Source: Anaerolineales bacterium
Lineage (GTDB): Bacteria; Chloroflexota; Anaerolineae; Anaerolineales; E44-bin32
Reading direction: 5' to 3'
NCBI GenBank assembly: GCA_034430895.1
Contig: DAOUDW010000038.1
Location: 2,982 to 66,981, forward strand
DNA length: 64,000 nt
Under the pieces are notes generated by a model, which saw nothing but the letters and a program-made list of their open reading frames with translations, had not been told where the DNA came from and made no database searches. The position numbers and the translations under genes are program-made. Of the stretch, positions 7,502 to 17,590 are shown in pieces (the first letter of the stretch is position 1; each line of letters starts with the position of its first letter).

Positions 7502-9856
7502 ATGACCGAACAGCAAAGCCTTTTCGAAGAATCCATGCGCTTGGGGCACTCTGCTGCCTGGGACCTAAAATGGGACCGGGCGATCGAGTTTTACCGCAAA
7601 GCCCTGGTGCAAGCGCCGGATGATCCCAATGCCCTTACCAGTTTGGGATTGGCATTGCTGGAGACCGAGCAGTATAAGGAAGCGCTCTCGGTTTATCACA
7701 AGGCTGCGAAGGTTTCCACCAACGATCCCATCCCACTCGAACGGTGTGCCGAGATCTTCGAACGTCTGGGGCAGATCAGCGATGCGGTGATACAGCGTAA
7801 CGCCGCCGCCCAACGCTACCTGGCCCGTAAAGATGCCCAGAAAGCCATCGAAAACTGGGTACACATTGCACGGCTGACGCCTGATGATCTCCACACGCGC
7901 TCCACATTGGCGGTCACGTATGAACGAACTGGAAATGCCCGCCAGGCGGTATATGAATACATCAATGTCGCCTCCATCCTGCAACGAGCCGGGAACACCG
8001 AACGCGCCATCGAAGCCGTACAACGTGCCTTACGCCTCGTCCCAGGACATCCGGAAGCAGGCAAAGCTTTACGCGCCCTCAAAGTCGGTGAAACCCTGGC
8101 GCCTCCATCACAACCACGCGGCGCAACTGCACCGCTGCGCATGGCCAAAGTCCAAGAATACATCAAGGCCGAGTCTGTAGAAAAGGAAGAAGAAGACGAT
8201 GAGGTGGCCGACCCGGAAATCGCGGCACAGCGTGATGCGCTCAAGATTTTAGCCGGCTTGCTCTTCGATGAACCAAAGGGGGATGATGATGACAAAATCG
8301 ATGACTCAGGAAATGGGTCATCCGGCCGATCCATTCTTACAGGAGGTTTAAGCCTTTCGGGCCGGAAATCCGTCGGTCAACCTCAGATGTATCGCTATCT
8401 CGGACAAGCGATCGATCTACAAACTCGCGGCAAAGATAAAGAAGCCATAAAAGAATTTGAACGGGCGATAAAGGCGGGGTTGGATCATCGCGCCGCACAT
8501 TATAACGTCGGCATCTTGTATAAAAAACAGGAAGACTATCAAGCCGCCAAAAAGAGCCTGTCCGCCGCTTTGGGTTACGCGGATTTGGATTTGGGCACCA
8601 ATCTTTCGCTCGGACGAATCGCCCGAATCGAGAAAGACCTGCCTGAAGCCGCCCGGTACTTGCTCCAGGCATTGAGAATCGCCGATTCGCTTTCTGTCGA
8701 TTCGAGCCAATCCTCTTCACTAAATCAATTTTACGATGCCATGCTCGTCTCTCAGGAAGAAGGCAATGAAGAAGAACTGGATCGCATCGTGGAAAGCACA
8801 CTCAATTTTCTGAGTGGACCAGATTGGATGCGCCGTCTACGTCAAGCACGCATGCAGTTGGAAAGTGAAGGAACGGAAAGCTCCATGGTCGTTCCTATCG
8901 CAGAAATGCTCGCCGTCGGCGGAACCGACCGTGTGCTTCAATCCCTTGGGAAAATCGACGATCTTCTCGTTCGAGAATTGTACACAGCCGCAATGGAAGA
9001 AGCGATGCTAACACTCGATCACGCCCCATCCTATCTGGCACTCCACATGAGAATGGCAGAGATCATGATCCGCAGCGGTCGCAAGGAAGCCGGACTTGAA
9101 AAAATGGGGATCGTCGCCGAAACACATCGCGTACGAGGCGAAACACCCCAAGCGGCGGATGTCTATGCAAAGATTATTCGCGAAGCTCCGATCAACATCC
9201 CGGCCAGGAACCGTTTGATCGAACTCTATATTCAACAAGATCAACACAAGGAAGCCCTGGAAAATTACTTCAACCTGGCGGAAATTTATCAACAGATGGC
9301 AGAAATCGATTCGTCCAGGAAAGCCTTAGCTGCTGCTCTCAGCCTGGCGCAGGATTCATCCGTCGACCGCGAATGGTCTGTAAAGATCTTGCGGGAAATG
9401 GGCGATATCGACCTTTCTCGCCTGGATTGGCGCCGTGCCCTACGCGTGTATTCGCAAATCCGCACCTTGGATCCACACGATGTTAAAGCACGAACGCATG
9501 TGATCGATTTGAATTTACGACTCGCCCAGGACAACCAGGCCGCTCAGGAATTGGATGGTTATCTCGAATATCTCGTCCAACATGATCGCGGCCAGGACGC
9601 CTTAACGTTCATCGAAGAACTGGCGCGTGAACATCCTGGAAAACAGATTCTTCATGAACGCCTTGCCGAGGCGTATCTCGCCGCTGGTCGTACCGCGGAT
9701 GCCATCTCACAATTCGACGCGCTGGGCGAGATCCTTCTCGATTCTGGAAATAACGACGAAGCGATTCGAACGATTGAAAGGATCATATCGCTTGGACCGC
9801 CCGATATCGAAGGCTACCAGGAACTGCTCCGCAATTTAAAGGGGGGTCAAGCGTAG
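7502..9856 (+). CDS. TPR-repeat protein
   Basis: Repeated 34-residue helical A/Y/L patterns throughout, with an acidic low-complexity insert. No catalytic motif recognised. Confidence 0.75.
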   Translation: MTEQQSLFEESMRLGHSAAWDLKWDRAIEFYRKALVQAPDDPNALTSLGLALLETEQYKEALSVYHKAAKVSTNDPIPLERCAEIFERLGQISDAVIQRNAAAQRYLARKDAQKAIENWVHIARLTPDDLHTRSTLAVTYERTGNARQAVYEYINVASILQRAGNTERAIEAVQRALRLVPGHPEAGKALRALKVGETLAPPSQPRGATAPLRMAKVQEYIKAESVEKEEEDDEVADPEIAAQRDALKILAGLLFDEPKGDDDDKIDDSGNGSSGRSILTGGLSLSGRKSVGQPQMYRYLGQAIDLQTRGKDKEAIKEFERAIKAGLDHRAAHYNVGILYKKQEDYQAAKKSLSAALGYADLDLGTNLSLGRIARIEKDLPEAARYLLQALRIADSLSVDSSQSSSLNQFYDAMLVSQEEGNEEELDRIVESTLNFLSGPDWMRRLRQARMQLESEGTESSMVVPIAEMLAVGGTDRVLQSLGKIDDLLVRELYTAAMEEAMLTLDHAPSYLALHMRMAEIMIRSGRKEAGLEKMGIVAETHRVRGETPQAADVYAKIIREAPINIPARNRLIELYIQQDQHKEALENYFNLAEIYQQMAEIDSSRKALAAALSLAQDSSVDREWSVKILREMGDIDLSRLDWRRALRVYSQIRTLDPHDVKARTHVIDLNLRLAQDNQAAQELDGYLEYLVQHDRGQDALTFIEELAREHPGKQILHERLAEAYLAAGRTADAISQFDALGEILLDSGNNDEAIRTIERIISLGPPDIEGYQELLRNLKGGQA

Positions 9857-9885
9857 ATCCTGTTGATGTAAGATAGGTTTCGACC

Positions 9886-10761
9886 GTGACCAATTTGATC
9901 AATGAGCTGGATTTATTCATACAACGTTTTAACTGGCTGAGCTTGATTGACATCTTACTCGTCACCATGGTGATGTTCTTGCTCTTGAGATTGATGCGTG
10001 GTACACGTGCGGAAATCCTTTTGCGCGGCATCATCCTATTGACCGTTGGGATCGCTTTAATCACGCTGGTGCTGGATTTGCCCGCATTTTCATGGCTGCT
10101 TCAAACAGTATTACCGGCATTAATCGTAGCCATTCCTGTCATTTTTGCCCCGGAAATCCGTCGTGCACTGGAACAGGTGGGGAGAGCAGGGGATTTCTTC
10201 GTTCTCGGCACACAACCCAGCGCCATCGAAAACATGATCGAAATACTCTGCGGCACGGCACAACGTCTCGCGGAACGCAGATTCGGCGCGTTAATCGTCG
10301 TCGAACGAGAAGTACCCTTGGATGAATATGTCGAAACTGGCATTCTACTCAAGGCACAATTAACCCCCGAACTACTGCTTCAGATCTTCTTTCACAACAC
10401 CCCGCTGCATGATGGTGCCGTGATTGTCCGGGACGGTCGTCTCATCGCGGCATCCTGTGTAATGCCGCTCTCCTCCAGTGGCACACTCTCAAGATCACCC
10501 ACCCATCACTTTGGCCTGCGCCATCGCGCCGCGTTGGGCATCAGCGAGGTCAGCGATTCGGTTTCCGTCGTCGTATCCGAGGAAACGGGATCAGTCTCCA
10601 TCACCCACAACGGACGCATGATCAGACGGCTGGATCAAAACCGTCTACGCAACATCCTTACCGCCTTTTTCCAACCTCGTACGACCAGTCGCCTCCCAGA
10701 CTGGCTAGATCAATGGCTCGTTCGTTTTCAACAAACAAGCAGCGAAGCCCAGGGAGATTGA
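9886..10761 (+). CDS. cdaA: diadenylate cyclase CdaA
   Basis: Three N-terminal TM helices plus DisA_N motifs GALIVVE, TPLHDGAVIV, RHRAALG and SEETGSVS. Confidence 0.9.
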   Translation: MTNLINELDLFIQRFNWLSLIDILLVTMVMFLLLRLMRGTRAEILLRGIILLTVGIALITLVLDLPAFSWLLQTVLPALIVAIPVIFAPEIRRALEQVGRAGDFFVLGTQPSAIENMIEILCGTAQRLAERRFGALIVVEREVPLDEYVETGILLKAQLTPELLLQIFFHNTPLHDGAVIVRDGRLIAASCVMPLSSSGTLSRSPTHHFGLRHRAALGISEVSDSVSVVVSEETGSVSITHNGRMIRRLDQNRLRNILTAFFQPRTTSRLPDWLDQWLVRFQQTSSEAQGD

Positions 10762-10769
10762 AGCCTTCC

Positions 10770-12017
10770 ATGTTGAAATGGCTCAAGATTAACTTCGGAA
10801 CGCTTCTCCTTTCACTGATCCTCGCGCTCACGGTCTGGTTTATCGCCGTCAATCAAGACGATCCGCGCGTCGAGCGCCTCTTGGAAGATCCGATTGAAAT
10901 TCAATATGAGGGCGTCCCAGAGGGCTATCAAATCACCAACCCGTCTGCCAATCAAGCCAGCGTAACGCTACTGACAACGCAATCGATTTGGGATGAGTTA
11001 TCCACTGAGGATATTCGTTTGGTGGCGAAAATGGAGGGACTGGATCAGGGGACATACAAGGTGCCCATCCAGTCGGCAATTTCCCGACAATTGGTTAAGG
11101 TCACCGACATCAATCCAGAATCTGTGATCGTAACCCTGGAAATCAAAGAAACAAAAGAACTGCCCATTCATGTCGTTACCCTGGGGAGCCCGGCATTGAG
11201 CTATTCTGCAGAAGAACCCCTTGCCGATCCCCAAAATGCAATTATTACCGGACCGGCATCCCTGGTGGCGCGTGTTGTCGAATTGCGCGCCCCAATCAAT
11301 CTAACCAATCGGCAGGAAAGACTGGACCAATTGGCTCCGATTATAGCTTTGGATGAAGACGGTCTTGAAGTTGATGGAGTGCAGATCTCGCCGGAGACTG
11401 TACGTGTTGAAGTGCAGATCACACAGCAGCCGAACTATCGCCTCGTCTCCGTAATCCCCAAGATCGAAGGCGAAACGGATCTGGTGGAAGCCGGCTATCT
11501 GTTTACCGAGGTAACCGTCACACCCCAATTGGTGACGATTTTTTCCTCCGACCCTCAAGCATTTGAAGACCTGCCGGGGTTCATCGAAACCGTACCTCTC
11601 AATTTGGCCGGAGCCGTGGATGATATCGAGCAGCAGCTACAGCTTAACCTGCCACCGGGCTTTTCACTCGCTTTCGAACAGAGTGTGACCGTGAAAGTCG
11701 ATATCGAACCCCGCACCAACTCGGTCACCATCAATCGGCCGTTGGATGTGCGTGGCGTCGGCGACAATCTTTACGCACTCCTATCTCCGGATGAAGTCTC
11801 GATTATTCTCACAGGTCCGGCGGCCATCCTCAACACACTGCAACCCGAAGAAATCATCGTTGTCGTCGATGTGACCGATTTAGAACCCGGAACCTACCAG
11901 ATTACACCCCAGATCATAGGTATTCCTACGGACATCGATGCCAGCGGCCCAATCCCGGCCACCATCCAGGTCACAATCAGCGCATCCCCACTACCCACAT
12001 CAAGCATAGATTCTTGA
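10770..12017 (+). CDS. cdaR: YbbR-domain protein, CdaA regulator CdaR
   Basis: N-terminal TM helix followed by repeated YbbR-like beta modules. Immediately downstream of and overlapping cdaA. Start chosen at MLKWLKINFG. Confidence 0.8.
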   Translation: MLKWLKINFGTLLLSLILALTVWFIAVNQDDPRVERLLEDPIEIQYEGVPEGYQITNPSANQASVTLLTTQSIWDELSTEDIRLVAKMEGLDQGTYKVPIQSAISRQLVKVTDINPESVIVTLEIKETKELPIHVVTLGSPALSYSAEEPLADPQNAIITGPASLVARVVELRAPINLTNRQERLDQLAPIIALDEDGLEVDGVQISPETVRVEVQITQQPNYRLVSVIPKIEGETDLVEAGYLFTEVTVTPQLVTIFSSDPQAFEDLPGFIETVPLNLAGAVDDIEQQLQLNLPPGFSLAFEQSVTVKVDIEPRTNSVTINRPLDVRGVGDNLYALLSPDEVSIILTGPAAILNTLQPEEIIVVVDVTDLEPGTYQITPQIIGIPTDIDASGPIPATIQVTISASPLPTSSIDS

Positions 12018-12023
12018 ACGCCT

Positions 12024-13394
12024 ATGTCGAAACCTGTCGTTGCCCTCGTTGGACGGCCGAACGTCGGAAAGTCCACTTTGTTCAATCGCCTTGCAGGTGA
12101 ACGCTTGGCCGTTGTGGACGACCGGCCTGGCACGACGCGCGATCGTCTCGTTGCCGAAGCAGAATGGCAAGGAATCTCATTCGACATCGTCGACACCGGC
12201 GGCATCGATCCGACCAACATCCGCCGTAGTGAACCGCTCTCCTTAGATTCCGCAGACTTTATCGAACAGATCCGCACCCAGGCTGAGTTGGCCATGCAGG
12301 ATGCGGATGCCATCATTTTCATCGTGGATGTCGAAAGCGGGGTCACACCCGCGGACGTGGAGTTAGCCGAGAGATTGCGGAAATATCAAAGCCAGCGGCG
12401 AGATCGTAAACAGCCGCCAATCCTTCTCGTGGTGAATCGCTGCGATAATGAACAGCGGCGTGGTCAAATTCACGAATTCTATGAACTCGGCATGGGCGAT
12501 CCGATTCCCATCTCTGCTTTGCATGGCACCGGCACGGGCGACATGCTGGATTCGCTCATGGACGCCTTACAAATCGTCTCCGAATTCGACGATGATGAGG
12601 ACGCTACGATAAAACTCGCCATCATCGGGCGTCCCAATGTGGGGAAATCCAGTCTGCTGAACCGCTTGCTCGGAGAAGAACGCGTGATCGTTTCCTCAAT
12701 ACCTGGAACCACACGCGACGCCATCGATACCAGGCTTACTTACTACGGCACCTCGCTTATTCTGATCGATACCGCGGGAATCCGCCGGAGAGGCAAGATT
12801 GAAAGCGGCGTGGAACGCTACTCCGTTTTACGCGCCTTAAAGGCCATCGAGCGCGCGGACGTCGTCCTACTACTCATCGACGCCACGGAAAATGTCACCG
12901 CACAGGACACCCATATCGCTGGGATGGCGATCGATAAAGCCAAAAGCGTCGTCGTTATCGTCAATAAGTGGGACGCAATCGATAAGGACGCCCATACCAT
13001 GCCTGCTTTCACCGAACACTTACGACAGGAATTGAACTTCATGGACTACGTCCCCGTTTTATTCATTTCCGCCAAGACAGGACTGCGTGTCAGTCAGGTC
13101 ATTCCAACCGCACTCCTAGTGCAGGAAGAACGCTTGCGGCGCATACCAACCGGTCAGCTGAACCGCCTTCTCAGACAAGCTCTCCACGACCACCCTCCAC
13201 CAACCCGAAAAGGGAAACGACTGCGCATTCGTTACGCAACCCAAGTTCGTACGGATCCTCCCACGTTTCTCTTTCACGTCAACGATCCCAAGCTGGTGCA
13301 CTTCAGTTACATGCGCTATCTCGAAAATTGCATCCGGGCGGAATATCAATTTACCGGAACACCTTTGCGCCTTTCCTTTCGAAGACAATCCTAA
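12024..13394 (+). CDS. der: ribosome-associated GTPase Der (EngA)
   Basis: Two G domains (GRPNVGKSTLFN and GRPNVGKSSLLN; DTGG and DTAG; NRCD and NKWD) plus a KH-like C-terminus. Confidence 0.95.
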   Translation: MSKPVVALVGRPNVGKSTLFNRLAGERLAVVDDRPGTTRDRLVAEAEWQGISFDIVDTGGIDPTNIRRSEPLSLDSADFIEQIRTQAELAMQDADAIIFIVDVESGVTPADVELAERLRKYQSQRRDRKQPPILLVVNRCDNEQRRGQIHEFYELGMGDPIPISALHGTGTGDMLDSLMDALQIVSEFDDDEDATIKLAIIGRPNVGKSSLLNRLLGEERVIVSSIPGTTRDAIDTRLTYYGTSLILIDTAGIRRRGKIESGVERYSVLRALKAIERADVVLLLIDATENVTAQDTHIAGMAIDKAKSVVVIVNKWDAIDKDAHTMPAFTEHLRQELNFMDYVPVLFISAKTGLRVSQVIPTALLVQEERLRRIPTGQLNRLLRQALHDHPPPTRKGKRLRIRYATQVRTDPPTFLFHVNDPKLVHFSYMRYLENCIRAEYQFTGTPLRLSFRRQS

Positions 13395-13464
13395 GTCGTC
13401 TTCGTTCACAATCCCGCACCTGACTGAGGAAACACACCGGTCGATAATGATATAATTTGCTGCG

Positions 13465-14067
13465 ATGTCCAATCCATATTCCTTTAACCAACCTGCCGAA
13501 TGGCAGATGCCGACCCCGGAAAAAACGCGGAACCGGATCGTACGCTACTTCGGCGAGTTACTCCATACAGCGCTGATCGCAGTGTTGCTTTTCATGGCAG
13601 TCAACCTTATCACGGCTCGCATTCGTGTCGAGGGTATCAGCATGGAACCGAGCCTTCACGATGGTCAATTTGTGGTCGTGAACCGGCTGGCCTACGAATG
13701 GCAAGAACCCATACGTGGAGACATCGTTGTCTTCTATTTTCCACAGAACCCGTCCCGGCGCTTCATCAAACGTGTGATTGGCTTGCAGGGGGATACCATC
13801 AATATTCAATCCGGCCAGGTCTACGTGAATGGCGTTCCGCTGGAGGAACCCTACATCGCCGCCTCGGCGAACTTCTCCGGCGAGTGGACGGTTGAACGTG
13901 GCAAGGTGTTTGTTCTCGGAGACAACCGCAATAATTCTTCTGATTCACCCGATTGGGGTAGCTTACCCATCGATGAAATCATTGGTAAAGCGATTTTCGT
14001 TTACTGGCCGCTGGACACTGTCGGTTTGATTCCTCACTACGATCTCGTCGGAGCTGCTGAAGAGTAA
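13465..14067 (+). CDS. lepB: signal peptidase I
   Basis: GISMEPSL (catalytic Ser), RGDIVVF, IKRVIGLQGD (catalytic Lys) and GDNRNNSSDS. Confidence 0.9.
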   Translation: MSNPYSFNQPAEWQMPTPEKTRNRIVRYFGELLHTALIAVLLFMAVNLITARIRVEGISMEPSLHDGQFVVVNRLAYEWQEPIRGDIVVFYFPQNPSRRFIKRVIGLQGDTINIQSGQVYVNGVPLEEPYIAASANFSGEWTVERGKVFVLGDNRNNSSDSPDWGSLPIDEIIGKAIFVYWPLDTVGLIPHYDLVGAAEE

Positions 14068-14327
14068 CAAGTTCCACTCGCCTGAATCCCATACGTTGTG
14101 CTAAAATCGACTCACAGAAACACCAGCAACGATCTGGTACGATTGGGAGATCTGGGGCATCATTTTGATAGTGTCGACTATCCGTTAGCGATTGCTAAAT
14201 TGGTACAGCCTTCGATTCTGGAATAAAATGAGTCGCTCGATCAAGAACCTCAACGCCAATCCCATCGGATCGAAGCGATGAGGATGAGAGATTTTGTTTA
14301 TTAGTACACCCGATAAAGGGCATTTGC

Positions 14328-15962
14328 ATGGTTGACACGCAGGAAGAATCGACTGCGCCGCGCGTATTGGTGATCGCGGATGTCGATAGTAGTGCGGAAG
14401 CGCTCATTGATCGCGTCTTTCGCCCTGCCGGCATTGAAGCCTCTAGCTCCAACACAGATGGCCCACCGCCCGACATCCTCGTTTTCGACATCACCCAATT
14501 GCGCGGAGACCCTCTGGCAAATTTGCGTACCATGCGCGCCCAAGGTGAAGAAGCGCCGGCTATCGTTCTTGCAGCTCACTTCCCTCATTCGCGATTACGA
14601 GACATGTTCCGCCTCGGTGTTAATGATTTTCTCCTCAAACCCTATCGTCCGGAAGCTTTATGCCAGGCTGTCCGCGACATGGGGGAAAGCCGCTCTATCG
14701 AAACGAACACCAAAGTGCTGGCGAGAAGGCTGGAAGGGATGCGCGAACAATTCCGTCGCCGTTCGGAGGAAATTCGCCTTCTGAGTGAAATTGGACGTGT
14801 GGTTGTAAGTCTTGGAGATCTGGATGCAATCTTACGTCGAGTCGTAGAAGCAGCCGCATTTATGACCGACGCCGAAGAAGCCAACATCTATCTCGCTGAA
14901 TCGGGGACCAAAGAGCTGGTGCTGCGTGCCACAAAAAGCATGAACGAACGACATGCCACCTTACAGCGCTTACGAGTAGAGGACACCTTGGTAGGAGAGG
15001 TATTCACGAGCGGAGAACCGATGCTGCGCCAACCATCCCTGGAAGGTGGCCCGATCAAGGTTCAAACCGGCTTTATGGTTCAATCGCTGGCGAAAGTCCC
15101 CTTACGAGCACGCAACAGCATCGTCGGCGTGCTCGGTATTTACAACGGCATCACCCCACGTCGATTCAGCCAACACCATCTGACTCTGTTAATGGCACTC
15201 GGTCATTGGACGGGAGTAGCACTCGAATATGCCAACCTGATGCGTGAGGTAGAACACCCCATGGCATCTCAGCAGACTCTAACCGCCGTTCCCAATGATT
15301 TGATCGAGGGCCTCGACAAGTGCATTTCAATCGTCGACCCGATCGTCAACAGCCCCACTGAGGAATTGGGCAAACAGAATCGTCGAAGTCTGAACGAACT
15401 CCACAGGCATCTGCTTATGCTGCGTGCCATGCCCATGGCGACGCTTGACGTCGACGAAGCCGAAGAAATGGTCGATTTACCCGGAATTATGGAGCAAGTG
15501 CTCCGGGAAATGCGTCGCCCGGCATCACGCAGAGGCCTGGAAATCATAATTGACGAAAGCCCTCCCATGCCTTTGTTCCGCGGTGACAGCAACCGTACAC
15601 ATCGCATCATCCAAACCCTTGTCGCAGCTGCGATCCGACGCACATCGCGTGGGCGCATCATCCTGGAAGCCCACCGTGTTGAAATCCAACGAGGCCGCAG
15701 CACAAGCATTCCCATCCCAAGGCACATTCAACTGGATGATGGCTTGTGGGCGATCATGAGAATTTCAGACACAAGCCCGGGGCTTTCACCAGATACGGTT
15801 CACGCGTTGACGAAAGAAGAAATCGATCCGTCCGCCGGACAGATCGGACCAGGGCTTTCCCTGGGTGAGATTCGCATGATGCTTGAGAGCATGAAAGGCA
15901 GATTGTGGTACGAGCATACACCCGCAAGCACCACGATTGTCTTCTCTCTTCCAATAACCTAA
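14328..15962 (+). CDS. REC-like / GAF / histidine-kinase-like protein with degenerate H-box and N-box
   Basis: Receiver-like N-terminus (VLVIADVD, ILVFDI, LLKPY). GAF-like segment (LLSEIGRVV...LGDLDAILR). HATPase-like C-terminus (DTSPGL, GPGLSLGE) without a recognisable phospho-accepting His box. Confidence 0.7.
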   Translation: MVDTQEESTAPRVLVIADVDSSAEALIDRVFRPAGIEASSSNTDGPPPDILVFDITQLRGDPLANLRTMRAQGEEAPAIVLAAHFPHSRLRDMFRLGVNDFLLKPYRPEALCQAVRDMGESRSIETNTKVLARRLEGMREQFRRRSEEIRLLSEIGRVVVSLGDLDAILRRVVEAAAFMTDAEEANIYLAESGTKELVLRATKSMNERHATLQRLRVEDTLVGEVFTSGEPMLRQPSLEGGPIKVQTGFMVQSLAKVPLRARNSIVGVLGIYNGITPRRFSQHHLTLLMALGHWTGVALEYANLMREVEHPMASQQTLTAVPNDLIEGLDKCISIVDPIVNSPTEELGKQNRRSLNELHRHLLMLRAMPMATLDVDEAEEMVDLPGIMEQVLREMRRPASRRGLEIIIDESPPMPLFRGDSNRTHRIIQTLVAAAIRRTSRGRIILEAHRVEIQRGRSTSIPIPRHIQLDDGLWAIMRISDTSPGLSPDTVHALTKEEIDPSAGQIGPGLSLGEIRMMLESMKGRLWYEHTPASTTIVFSLPIT

Positions 15963-15975
15963 TCGGAGCGGGATC

Positions 15976-16518
15976 ATGAACGGAAAACCAACGTCCATCG
16001 AAGTCTACACAACAACACACAGAATTCTGGGCAGAGTTCAAGCTGGGCCTACAGGGCTGTTCAGCTACATCAACATCCCGACACGCTCCTACATCGAAAT
16101 GGAAGGAGCCCATTTGTCTCGGCTGCATCAACCATCCAAAATGGTCGCCCGCCATCCAACCTTGTGGCTGGTGAAGAGTGAAGTGGTCGTTCTCCTGCTC
16201 AGCAGCCGCTCCGAACTCGGCGCAGCAAGCTTCGCTCGGGGTGGCTACACAAGTAAGGTGCCGCATTGGGTGCGAATTCTCATGGGTGGGTACGAATTGC
16301 GTGGAATGGTAGAAAGTTCCGGTAAGTTCAACTTTGGGGCGATCATTTTCGAGGGCGATTCGTTGTTTGTCCCCATATACCACATCGATTTCAATGCCGT
16401 CCTCTTCCCTGCGGTACGAACCCGTTCACCGGTTGGTCTGATCAATCGCAAGATGGTCGACGGCCTCGCCTTGTTGTCGAAGGAAGAGATACCCAAGCCC
16501 AAAGATGACGCTGGTTAA
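15976..16518 (+). CDS. hypothetical protein (180 aa), likely co-transcribed with the REC-GAF protein
   Basis: Starts 14 nt after the upstream stop, behind GGAGCGGGA. Its composition is more protein-like than the overlapping minus-strand ORF. No family recognised. Confidence 0.5.
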   Translation: MNGKPTSIEVYTTTHRILGRVQAGPTGLFSYINIPTRSYIEMEGAHLSRLHQPSKMVARHPTLWLVKSEVVVLLLSSRSELGAASFARGGYTSKVPHWVRILMGGYELRGMVESSGKFNFGAIIFEGDSLFVPIYHIDFNAVLFPAVRTRSPVGLINRKMVDGLALLSKEEIPKPKDDAG

Positions 16519-16634
16519 CCATCCGCCTTTGCACTATACAGTAAACGAACACTGAATAGCAGTGCGCTGTTTCCTGGTTTAAAATTCAAAATGTGTCTCG
16601 CCAGAACCCAGGTAGACGATCGTATTCCCCCTGA

Positions 16635-17312
16635 TTATCTGGATTCTTCTACGATTGTGACCCCTGCACTCGCGCCGATTCTCGTTGCGCCTGCCGCGAT
16701 CATCTGCTGCACCTGCGCATACGTACGAATGCCTCCTGCGGCTTTCACCCCGATATCCGGGCCTACCGTGCGCCGCATCAACGCTACGTCTTCGATACTC
16801 GCCCCGCCGGGTCCGAATCCTGTTGATGTTTTTACAAAATCGGCTCCTGCATCTACGGCGAGCCGGCAGGCAACTTCCTTTTCATCGTCGGTCAACACTG
16901 CCGCCTCAATAATCACTTTGAGAATGGCCCCGTCCTCATGACAGGTATTCGCCACCATTTCGATATCTCGCTGCACTGTTTCCCGATCTCCTGATTTCAA
17001 TGCACCGATATTGATCACCATATCGATTTCGTTGGCACCGTTCCCCAGCGCCAGCTGCGTTTCGAAGACCTTTACCTCTGCGAGCGTAGCGCCCAATGGA
17101 AAACCGACAACTGTGCAGACCAGCACACCCGTCCCGGCGAGCAGCTGCGAACACAATTTCACATAATACGGGTTTACACACACAGAGCAAAACTCATATT
17201 CCATGGCCTCTTTACAAAGCTGCCGGATTTGACTCTCACTGGCATCTGCCTTGAGCAATGTATGATCGATCAAGCTATTAATCGACTCTTGGGTTGATTC
17301 CTTATCCATCAT
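16635..17312 (-). CDS. deoC: deoxyribose-phosphate aldolase
   Basis: [37 protein letters not shown] and GVKAAGGIR. Start at ATGATG behind GGAGGA (17312). Confidence 0.9.
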   Translation of the reverse strand: MMDKESTQESINSLIDHTLLKADASESQIRQLCKEAMEYEFCSVCVNPYYVKLCSQLLAGTGVLVCTVVGFPLGATLAEVKVFETQLALGNGANEIDMVINIGALKSGDRETVQRDIEMVANTCHEDGAILKVIIEAAVLTDDEKEVACRLAVDAGADFVKTSTGFGPGGASIEDVALMRRTVGPDIGVKAAGGIRTYAQVQQMIAAGATRIGASAGVTIVEESR

Positions 17313-17590
17313 GACGATATCCTCCAAAATCATACAAATCGCTATGGCGAAAGCTGATGGTGAACCAGAATGGATGCGCATCCCCCTGAAACCAGGTTCA
17401 TCAAACCTCATTTTATTCCTCATAAGCCGGCATTGGCAAGCACCTGAATGTTATCTGAAAAGATTGCACAATGAATAGTCAGCAGTACCGGATTGCAATC
17501 ATTGATTTATACGCACAAGGAACGACTGTCTTTGGTTTTGGGGTGATTTTAAGCTATGATTTTTCGTATACATTGACTCAGGGGGATGCA

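Noticed and set aside
15754-16383. 209-aa minus-strand ORF overlapping the 180-aa plus-strand ORF
   Set aside because: It is Cys/Trp/His-rich, lacks an SD, and overlaps the 3' end of the REC-GAF gene. The plus-strand ORF has better context, although neither has a recognised family.
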